Source of the DNA: Eledone cirrhosa | Taxonomy: Eukaryota | Reading direction: 5' to 3' | Assembly: GCA_964016885.1 (NCBI GenBank) | Contig: OZ024740.1 | Span: forward strand, 214,210,001 to 214,274,000 | Length of the DNA stretch: 64,000 nucleotides | Shown here: positions 1 to 11,109 of the stretch, piece by piece | Position numbering within the stretch: the first letter of the stretch is position 1 | How the letters are laid out: each line of letters starts with the position of its first letter | The notes under the pieces: generated by a model | Told to the model about the DNA's origin: nothing | Databases searched by the model: none | The model's input: only the letters and a program-made list of their open reading frames with translations | Made by a program: the position numbers and the translations under genes

Positions 1-5
1 ATATA

Positions 6-80
<75 letters not shown>

Positions 81-224
81 ATATATATGCATATATATGT
101 ATATATATGCATATATATATATGTATATATATACATATATATATACCTATATATATATACATATATATACATATATATATATGAATATATATACATATAT
201 ATATACATATATATATATACATAT
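1..224. repeat. (TA)n microsatellite
   Basis: Pure then degenerate TA repeat; representative of dozens of such tracts in the window. Confidence 0.95.
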
Positions 225-510
225 GTAGGAGGTGAGTTTTATTGTAGTACAATAAAGCAATACAGATATCGGATAAGAAGCACTCTACAGTTTGTAGGAC
301 TGGAGTATACAAAATATATAAGAACAAAAGATGGTTGATTTAAAACTGTTGATTTAAAACTGTTGATTTAAAACTGCACTATCCACAAGTGTTTTTTAAC
401 CTTCATATCATGTCTTCCTGTTTTATCTGATGAAAACACAAATATTATTGCATGATGATATTTGTTTTTGAAATGCGCATAATAAAATACATTTTGTTCT
501 TATATATTAT
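225..510 (-). mobile_element. PLE-type terminal fragment (family H1): 3' tail on minus strand plus inverted HHR-bearing piece
   Basis: 225-333 is the reverse complement of about 15898-16007; 362-490 matches 15754-15883; flanked by TA tracts. Confidence 0.7.
421..487 (+). ncRNA. Type I hammerhead ribozyme motif (H1)
   Basis: ttttat-CTGATGA-[aaacacaaatatt...gatatttgttttt]-GAAA-tgcgca-TA-ataaaa; stem I ttttat/ataaaa, palindromic stem III. Confidence 0.8.
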
Positions 511-599
511 ATATATACATATATATATACATATATACATATACATATATACATATATACATATATATATATACATATATATATATATACATATATATA

Positions 600-636
<37 letters not shown>

Positions 637-744
637 TACATATATATATACATATATATATATGTATATATATATATGTATATATATATATGTATATATA
701 TGCATATATATATGTATATATGCACATATATATGTATATATATA

Positions 745-1364
<620 letters not shown>

Positions 1365-1487
1365 GTATATATATATGTATATATATATATATGTATATAT
1401 ATATATGTATATATATATGTATATACACATCCATTCATCCATCCATACATACACTACATACATACATGTCGATGGTTGCCCCCTCGT

Positions 1488-1770
1488 TATCGAGTATGGC
1501 CATTGCACAATTTAACATTATTAATAATTATTAATTAATTCTATCGTGCAATGCTTGTGCATGAAGATATTTTTTAAAGTGAGGAAAGACTGTGCACTGA
1601 GCCAATCCCACTCTCTGAGCGACAGTAGCTATAACCTGAAAAGAAGAAAAGATCAAGATCATCAGTAACTACTGAGCCGCAGGTTTTATATCGGAGTTAT
1701 CCCAGTTTTCTGAGTTGCCTTCTAGAAGAATGCTCTGACAAAGGCTAGTGGTCCTTCACTCCCACATCCA
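1488..1770 (-). mobile_element. RTE-related non-autonomous retroposon, family R1
   Basis: Reverse complement of about 5505-5805; RTE-like 3' end ggccatactcgataacgagggggc. Confidence 0.7.
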
Positions 1771-2669
1771 TACATACACTACATACACTACATACATACA
1801 GACATACATATATCCATCCATCCATCCATACATACACACATACACACATACACACATACTCTGCATACATATATACATACATATGTCCATTCATACATAC
1901 ACTACATACATACAGACATACACACATACACACATACACACATACTCTGCATACATATATACACACACATGCACAGTTACATATATATATACAATCCCCT
2001 TTCTACTTAAAACAGAAATGGTAGTGTTAGAGGTTGAAAAGAAATGGATTTAGAAATACAATGAGAAGGAAAAGAGAGAGAGGGAGAGAGAGAGGGGGAG
2101 AAGAGAGGGGGGAAAGAGAGATAGAGGGGGAGAGAGAGGGGAAGAGAGGAAAAGAGAGGGAGAGACGGGGAGAGGGAAAGAGAGGGAGAGAAAGAAGGTG
2201 TGAGAGATAATCTCAGAGAGAGAAAGAGAGGGAGAAATGAGAGGGAGAGAGTGTACGCGTAAAAGAGGAGGAGGGAGAAAGTTAAGTTGAAAAGAAAATG
2301 AGAGGGAGAAAATCTAAAGACGAGAGAAAGGCTAATGAATATTCATAAGCAACAGCTTAAATAATGTGCATAAGTGGCTTATTTAGCAGCGGCGGCCATT
2401 GTTACATTTAGCTTTCACTTTTATCATTATTATTTCCCTTGTTGGTGGTCTTAAGAAACGAGGAGGAGGTAAGGGGAGTGTAAAGTTATTAAATATGATG
2501 AGCTTTCATCATTGTGACGCTTTAAGTTAGTTCCATTGGAGCTTTAAAGAATCTGTCAACAATTCCAACGAGGAAGACACAACAAAAGACTAACTTATTC
2601 AAGTTTTGTTTCGACGTAGATTGGGGACCAGATAATTCTTCAAAGAAAAAAGGGGTTGATGACCGAAAG

Positions 2670-2732
<63 letters not shown>

Positions 2733-2872
2733 TGTGATAGAGAGAATGAGAGAGAGAGAGACTGTATGTGTGAAATGAGATGAGAGAAGAAAGTAATAGA
2801 CGTTGAAAGATAAAAACCTGTAGATACAGGTTCGATCATTAACCTATACCCCACCCACTATATATATCTCAC

Positions 2873-2926
<54 letters not shown>

Positions 2927-2930
<4 letters not shown>

Positions 2931-3576
2931 TGTCCGAATTGTAAAGGACTAGGTTTGTTAGGGTGAAAAAATACTAACTACAGCAATATGGTTTGCCAGA
3001 CTTAATTTAAAATAGTAAATCAGTATATATTTGTCGGCTCCATCACGTTGAGCTAATTTTAATGTCGTGTTAACCAGGCTGCTATTTTTAGCGGCATAGG
3101 TTTTCGAGACAAGCTAGGCTCCGAAAACATGTGCGTTATTTCATATCGCACACAATTCAGAATTTTAGAATTAGAAGTGGAAGGATCGCTAATTTGTTGA
3201 CACCTACTGATGATCAGTTAATGGTGATGACTTCGCTTAATATAATTTTGCGCAACAGTTTCTAAAACTGTCTAGGTGTTTTCAGGCAGTTGTCCAATAT
3301 ATGTTTGTTATTATTTTTCTTAATTTACTACTTTAAATTAAGTCTGGCAAACCATATTGCTGTAGTTAGTATTTTTTCACCCTAGCAAACCTAGTCCTTT
3401 ACAATTTGGACACATGTATGTTTATATTAGTGTTCATCTCTCTTGTATATTCAAAACTTTATTGGCATATTACAATTGTTTCAATATCGATCAGCTCAGG
3501 GTACAACAATAATGACCGGGGTCCGACTCTTCCTCGACATCTCCTCAGATATGCGAGTTTGTATGTGCAAAGAAAG

Positions 3577-3578
<2 letters not shown>
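2927..3578 (+). mobile_element. HHR-bearing fold-back element (inverted arms 2927-3020 / 3323-3414, then 3' tail)
   Basis: About 93-bp inverted repeat; between TA and CA tracts; internal HHR-like motif. Confidence 0.6.
3200..3279 (+). ncRNA. Degenerate hammerhead motif
   Basis: acaccta-CTGATGA-...-TAAAactg-TC-taggtgt; perfect 7-bp stem I, GAAA box mutated. Confidence 0.5.
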
Positions 3579-3653
<75 letters not shown>

Positions 3654-3706
3654 CTCTCTCTCTCTCTCACTATATAATATATATATATATATACATATGT
3701 ATATAT

Positions 3707-3876
3707 AATTGTTTCTACATTTGGCACAAGGCCAGAAATTATCCCAGTGTATTACTGGTGCTTTATTTTATCGACCCCGTAAGGATGAAAGGCAAAGTTA
3801 ACCTCGGCGGGATTTGAACTCAGACCATAAAGGGACGTAACTCTTTGCTGCAAAGCATGGCGTCCGACCCTCTACC
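3707..3876 (-). mobile_element. tRNA-derived SINE (family S1), partial
   Basis: B-box GAGTTCAAATCCC on minus strand; body gcctttcatccttacggggtcgataaaataaag. Confidence 0.85.
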
Positions 3877-3979
3877 AAAATCAAAACATATCAAATATGT
3901 TTAGAAGTTTGTGTTTCTCAATAAGCAAGCTCAATAGACATTATCTAGAGCCATAATAACCAAATAAAAAGGATATATG

Positions 3980-4011
<32 letters not shown>

Positions 4012-4093
4012 AAGAGCCATATATCGTATAAGAAACACTATGGATCTTTCTCTCTCTATATATATACATATATCATTTTCATTGGGTTATATA

Positions 4094-4234
<141 letters not shown>

Positions 4235-4235
4235 A

Positions 4236-4870
4236 TACAATATGTTGAAAAGGTAACACACTAGAGAGAGATATACAGTGCGCTATCAATAAAACGGGGA
4301 AAAACCACCAGTGTATGGAATCTATAACCTATGAAAGGCAGACTATAGGCACGATAATTAAAAATATAAATTAAAGCGTAAAAGCGTAAATAAATACCTC
4401 TATAACTATATAACACACGTACAAATCCAAAGAGATATTTCGCCAGTAATTTGTTGACAGAAATGGAATAACTCGGTTCCTCAGCGTGTGTAAGGCTATA
4501 CATTTCAGACAACACTAAGAGAATTTTAAAAGTGACTGTCCAGCTACACGTGGGAGAGAGAAGTCACAGCGTGATTTTTAAAATTCTCTTAGTGTTATCT
4601 GAAATGTATAGCCTTACACACGCTGAGGAACGGGTTATTCCATTTCTGTCAACAACTTACTGGCGAAAAGATCTCTTTGGATTTGTACGTGTGTTATATA
4701 GTTATAGAGGTATTTATTTACGCTTTAATTTATATTTTTAATTATCGTGTCTATTGTTTTGTTTTATTACCTTTTCAACATATTGTATTTTAAAGAGCTC
4801 AGGATTTCTTCTCCTTTGAGCACATTATTTACAGGGAATGGCCAGGGTCTATGGCTCCGTTAATTTACCG
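4236..4870 (+). mobile_element. HHR-bearing fold-back element (arms about 4236-4530 / 4575-4788, tail 4789-4870)
   Basis: Long inverted repeat with an indel; starts in a TA tract. Confidence 0.7.
4616..4694 (+). ncRNA. Type I hammerhead motif; mirror copy at 4413-4491 (-)
   Basis: acacacg-CTGAGGA-...-GAAA-agatctctttggatttg-TA-cgtgtgt; perfect 7-bp stem I, imperfect stem III. Confidence 0.6.
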
Positions 4871-4960
4871 TGTATGTATATATATATATATGATATTACA
4901 TATGTATGTCAGGGGCGAACGGTGCGTGCATGCGTTATAGAATCTTGAGTTGATCAATTG

Positions 4961-5017
4961 CGTCGGTTGAAGTAAGCAGAATTTTGGCTGCTTACTAAAT
5001 CGTAGACACATAAAAAG

Positions 5018-5060
<43 letters not shown>

Positions 5061-5141
5061 ATACACACAAACACACGACAGCGTCGGTTGAAGCAAGCAG
5101 ATTTTTTGCTGCTTGCTAAATCATAGACACATAAAAAGACA

Positions 5142-5172
<31 letters not shown>

Positions 5173-5270
5173 CACACACATACACACAAACACGACAGCG
5201 TCGGTTGAAGCAAGCAGCATTTTGGCTGCTTACTAAATTGTAGACACATAAAAAGCTAAGACACACACAC
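4961..5270. repeat. Three about 119-bp tandem units with CA tracts
   Basis: gcgtcggttgaag(t/c)aagcag...agacacataaaaag recurs at about 4960, 5081 and 5198. Confidence 0.85.
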
Positions 5271-5484
5271 ACTATATAACACTACATGCGGCTTTGATCG
5301 GGAGGGTCATTTGGAGAGAATTGGGGAGGGGGTAAGGCTCCACCGCCCCACTTTCCGCCATGGCGATTGGACTGCCTGCCCTGCTTTCCAGGTTACCCTT
5401 CGCCACAGATGTATGTATATGTGTATATAGATGGGTGCATGTGTATTTATATGCGGGGGTACATAGAAATAATCGGAGTAGACA

Positions 5485-5906
<422 letters not shown>

Positions 5907-5995
5907 CCGAAGAGATTGTTTTGGTAAAAACAGGAGCAAGCAGAAGAAAGCTCTCAACATTCGTAGTTTGTACTTACGATGGAGATTCAGTATAA

Positions 5996-6187
5996 TAATT
6001 GTTTCTACTTTTGGCACAAGGCCAGCAATTACCCAGTACATTACTGGTACTTTATTTTATCGACCCCGTAAGGATGAAAGGCAAAGTTAACCTCGGCGGG
6101 ATTTGAACTCAGAATGGCAAGGGCCGTAACTCTATGCGTCAAAGCATGGCGTCCGATCCTCTACCGACGCTGCCAATCCACCGCCCT
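5996..6187 (-). mobile_element. tRNA-derived SINE S1, full length
   Basis: Starts gggcggtggattggcagcgtcggtag (A-box-like), B-box gagttcaaatccc, 3' end gtagaaacaattatt. Confidence 0.9.
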
Positions 6188-6200
6188 GATTCAGTATAAT

Positions 6201-6483
6201 AATAACATTAATAAAGATGCTGATATTACATAAATTGTTTATTCATTATAAATATTTCACCAGTTCTCCCACGCAATCACGGTATCCTCAGATGAAATTC
6301 GATTTTGTGATATGCCGCCGACAGGAAAAAACACACGTCCTTTTGCTCGTGCGTCCAGCAGACATATGAGGATACCATTCTCATAACAACAAATGCATGA
6401 ATTACATCTTGATTGCATAGGAGAACCGTTGACATAATTATAATGAATAAACGATTCATGTAACATCAGCACCTATATTAATG

Positions 6484-6487
<4 letters not shown>
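6201..6487. mobile_element. Imperfect fold-back / MITE-like element
   Basis: About 78-bp imperfect inverted repeats 6201-6279 / 6410-6487 plus inner ggtatcctca/tgaggatacc. Confidence 0.5.
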
Positions 6488-6519
<32 letters not shown>

Positions 6520-6522
<3 letters not shown>

Positions 6523-7625
6523 GCCAAAGTTGCCCATGACAAGAATTGTAATTACCACCCACCTGAAACCTGTCTATTGCATAACGAATGTATGCAGTCT
6601 AACCTGGTTTACCAATGCACAGTGGAATCAGACAACCAGAAATGTTATTACATCGGAGCGACTGGGAATACATTTAAAGCTCGTTGGTATACACATCGTT
6701 ACGCAATGAAACATTCTCAGCATCGTTATGTAACTACCCTTGCGAACAAGACCTGGCAACTGAGGAAAAGTAACTATCAATACACCCTGAAGTGGAAACA
6801 ATTATCGAACGCGCCTGCATATCGGAGTGGTATGAGAAGCTGTCGGTTATGTGACCTTGAACTGTTCCACATTTTGAGTTTGTAGAATAAGTTACTCAAC
6901 AATAAAACCGAAAGATCAATTTATTGCAGCCATAGACTTAAAGAAAAATTTTCTCACTACAAGTGCAAATCGAACCCTTAACCTCCTACTACCACCTGAC
7001 AAACTGCATATATTTAGTCTTTCTACCCTCTTATTGAATCTAAAACCTTTAATTAGCCACAGTAACCAATACTTATGTCCCTCTCTCCTCCTTCAATCCA
7101 TTTCTCTCTTTTCATTTTCTTCTTTTCTTCTCTCCCTTTTTTGTTCTCTTTTCTTTTCTTCTTTTTTCTCTTCCTCCTTTTTATATATATATTAATCTCT
7201 CTATCTCCCCCCCCTCCCTCTCTCTCTCTCTCTCCCTCCCACTATAAACAATTCAATCCTCTTTAACTCTCTACACTGAAAATTGACGACATCAAGTCTA
7301 CGAATCAAAACTGATCGAGGAATCCTTCCATCTTTACCCCTCCCCCATCTCCGTTTGTCCCTCTACTTCCTAATTCTTCTCCCACTTCCCCTCTCTCTCT
7401 CTATGCTAGTAAATACGATTCCAAAAAAATGTTTCTTTATATATTAAGAATCTTTTACGAGTAACTTATTCATTATTTTGAAAATTTGGAGGCGAATAAC
7501 AGTTATTATCGAATGGCTGCTATTTGCAGTACAGCGATATAAGGTTGCGCTTACCAATGAAACGGTCGTAAATACTTGGATAAAATCGTTTTTTTAATGT
7601 TTACCTGTGCTTCTCTTTTATTCTC
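6520..7625 (+). mobile_element. Penelope-like element 3' fragment (GIY-YIG endonuclease pseudo-ORF 6520-6980 + 3' UTR with HHR)
   Basis: NCN..PETCLL..ECMQSNLVYQCTV...YYIGATGNTFKARWYTH...CRLCDLE; in-frame stop at 6883; second copy at 45433-46865. Confidence 0.9.
7474..7574 (+). ncRNA. Hammerhead motif, U3-A8 core variant
   Basis: tatt-TTGAAAA-tttgg...ccaat-GAAA-cggtcg-TA-aata; same core in the second copy. Confidence 0.55.
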
Positions 7626-7779
7626 TCTGTCTCTCTCTCTCCATATATATACACACACACACACACACATACATACACACACACACACACATATATATAG
7701 TATATATATATATACATACATACACATATATATATAGTATATATACATACATACACACACATATATATAGTATATATAT

Positions 7780-7881
<102 letters not shown>

Positions 7882-7887
7882 TATTAT

Positions 7888-7941
<54 letters not shown>

Positions 7942-7988
7942 ATGCATGTATGTATGTATGTATGTATGTATGTATGTATATATATATA

Positions 7989-8597
7989 TGTCAGGTCACC
8001 AGTTGGTGCTACTGATAACATGTATCCCAATACAACCTGTCTCATGGTCGGGTCGTTGGCGACTAAACTGGCAACCCCACCAAGGTTTCTTGGTGAGGAG
8101 GGTGATTTTGGACATCCTGCAGGACTAAAAACAAAACCTGTTAAAGGGCAAAGGAGCTCTTAAGAATCAATGGCCATCCAAAATCACCGGAAGAGATGAC
8201 CCCTTAGCCTTTGTCAAGGCAGAATTCTAGGAGAAGGAAAACTCTGATATAACACCTGCAACCCTGATGGTATCCAATGATGTTGACCTGTTCTTCTTTT
8301 TGGTAAATATCATCTTGGTTAAGAGAGTGGGACTGGCTTTGTGCAGTGCCTTTTCTCACTATAAAAGCTTCACGGCACAGGCATTGCTTTATATCTGGAG
8401 ATCTCTCTGCACTTGTCGTCACATGGTACCATGGGCCCAGCACTATGTGTCAATAATTGTCACAAGTATAGTGTTTGTACAGGAGTTTTCAAGTCGCTGG
8501 CTGGACTAAAAAGTCACACTCGTTCAGCGCATCGGTAGGGGTTCTCCTACATAGATATAAAGTAGTGGCCATACTCGAAAACGAGTTGGCAGCCACC

Positions 8598-8600
<3 letters not shown>
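7989..8600 (+). mobile_element. RTE-related non-autonomous retroposon, family R2 (longest copy)
   Basis: RTE-like 5' segment (ctaggagaaggaaaactctgatataacacctgc) joined to a C2H2-like 3' ORF remnant (CTGVFKSLAGLKSHTRSAHR) and end gagttggcagccaccat; further copies at 9307, 40755, 55443, 62056. Confidence 0.75.
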
Positions 8601-8647
<47 letters not shown>

Positions 8648-8921
8648 TATAGCCATGACATCTACAGGACTAAAACTGTTTCAATCCAAGGATGATTTCA
8701 TGTATGAAGGTATCGGGGAAAAGAAAATGGAGATATAAAGTTTATGTCTTCTCCATGGGAAATGAAACAGGAACATCAATGGAGTGTCTGGCAGTTCTCT
8801 GTGATTATATCACTTACGTTACTGTACTTATCAGATAAACACACGTACACATATACACCTACCTACTGATTCATACATACATATGTATACATACATGTAT
8901 ATATACAAACATATACATACA

Positions 8922-8952
<31 letters not shown>

Positions 8953-8969
8953 GTACATACATACATACA

Positions 8970-9290
8970 TACGAGGACATCTACGGACCATTGATGAGGA
9001 GTTTGCAAATCCAGTATCCAAGATACACCTTTAGTTTGATACCCATCATTATTGGAGCTACGGGTTATATACCAACCCGTTTGGACCAAAGTATGACTGA
9101 ACTTGGATTTGCGGACAAAGAGCGCAGCTCCCTAATTCATAGTATACAAATGGCTGCGATAGCTGGCACCTTCAAAATTTACAAAACATTCTTGCGATTG
9201 AAGGGATGACAATTTCTTTTCTTGTACAACCTTGCCACCAGGAAGGTGGCCGGTCAAAAAAATATACTCGAAATTAAGAGAAAGAGATAA
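8970..9290 (+). mobile_element. 3' end of RLE-type non-LTR retrotransposon (R4/Dong-like)
   Basis: YGPLMRSLQ...LIPIIIGATGYIP..L...LG.....IQMAAIAGTFKIYKTFL resembles the RLE C-terminus; flanked both sides by (CATA)n. Confidence 0.7.
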
Positions 9291-9306
9291 CATACATACA
9301 TACATA

Positions 9307-9655
9307 CATGGTGGCTGCCAACTCATTTTCGAGTACGGCCACTACTTTATATCCGTGTAGGAGAACCCCCTACCGATGCGCTGAACGAGTGTGACCTTTT
9401 AGTCCAGCCAGCGACTTGAATTCTGCCTTGACAAAGACTAAGGGGTCATCTCTCCCGGTGATTTTCGATGGCTATTGACTCTTAAGAGCTCCTTTGCCCT
9501 TTGACAGGTTTTGTTTTTAGTCCTGCAGGATGTCCAAAGTCACCCTCCTCACCAAGAAACCTTGGTGGGGTTGCCAGTTTAGTCGCCAACGACCCGACCA
9601 TGGGACAGGTTGTACTGGGATACATGTTACCAGTAGCACCAACTGGTGACCTGAC
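9307..9655 (-). mobile_element. R2 retroposon copy, internally deleted
   Basis: Reverse complement of 7989-8225 joined to 8489-8600. Confidence 0.8.
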
Positions 9656-9704
9656 ATACATACATACATACATACATACATACATACATACATACATACA
9701 TACA

Positions 9705-9736
<32 letters not shown>

Positions 9737-9749
9737 CATACATATATAT

Positions 9750-9782
<33 letters not shown>

Positions 9783-10165
9783 CATACATATGTATGTACA
9801 CATACATATATGCATACACAAACATACATATACATACATACATACATATATATACATATATACATACACAATACCAGTAAAAATATGTAAAACATTCCAA
9901 ACGTTCTGCACTTGATAACTGCAGATACACTTGTACAGATATAAAGCATATGTACATGCACACAGACAACTCAAAACATACACATACACACATAGAATAA
10001 CATACATACCTTCACGTACACGCACCCTTGCAGACATGCAGACATATCTACCTCGTTGATGTGTAAATTCCAATGAGAGAGTCTTGTATCTATGTTAGAA
10101 ACCGACTCTCTCTCTTTGGCAAACATTTTATAAAATTATAAAACCAGAAAAATATACATGCATAC

Positions 10166-10832
10166 ATGATGGCTGCCCCCTCGTTATCGAGTATGGCCAT
10201 TGCACGATATACCATTATTAATAATCATTAATTATTGGCAGTATCAGTAGAGGGTCGGACGCCATACTTTCCAACATAGTTACGTCCCTTTACGATCTGA
10301 GTTCAAATCCCGCCGAGGTTGACTTTGCCTTTCATCCTTACGGTGTCGATAAAATAAAGTACCAGTAATGCACTGGGTAATTGCTGGCCTTGTGCCTAAA
10401 GTAGAGACAATTAATTAATTGTTTCTATTTTAGGCACAAGGCCAGCAATTACTCAGTACATTACTGGTACTTTATTTTATCGACACCGTAAGGATGAAAG
10501 GCAAAGTTAACCTGGGCGGGATTTGAACTCACATCATAAAGGGACGTAACTCTATGCTTCAAAGCATGGCGTCCGACTCTCTACCGATACTGCCAATCCA
10601 CCGCCCTTATAATCATTAATTAATGCTATCGTGCAATGTCTGTTCGTGAACAATCCCACTCTCTGAGCAACAGTAGTTATAACCCAAAAAGAAGAAAAGA
10701 TCAACATCATTGGTAACTACTGAGCCGCAGGTTTTATGTCGGAGTTATCCCAGTTTCCTGAATTGCCTTCTCCTAGAAGAATGCCCTGACAAAGGCTAGG
10801 GGTCCTTCACTACCAGTAGTTTAACCGCGCAA
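10166..10832 (-). mobile_element. R1 retroposon interrupted by a tail-to-tail S1 SINE pair (10235-10607)
   Basis: R1 sequence resumes after 10609; ataatcattaatta at 10221-10234 and 10609-10622. Confidence 0.8.
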
Positions 10833-11020
10833 CATACAAACATGCATATATATATACATACATACATACATATACACATACATACACCCGAGGTTTACAG
10901 ACATTTCCACGATACTCTCGTGATCGAAAATGCCATGAGCGTACTGGAAATTTTAATTAGCGACGCTATTGTTCAGAATATATATATATTTATATATATA
11001 TATTCTGAACAATAGCGTCG

Positions 11021-11108
<88 letters not shown>

Positions 11109-11109
<1 letters not shown>

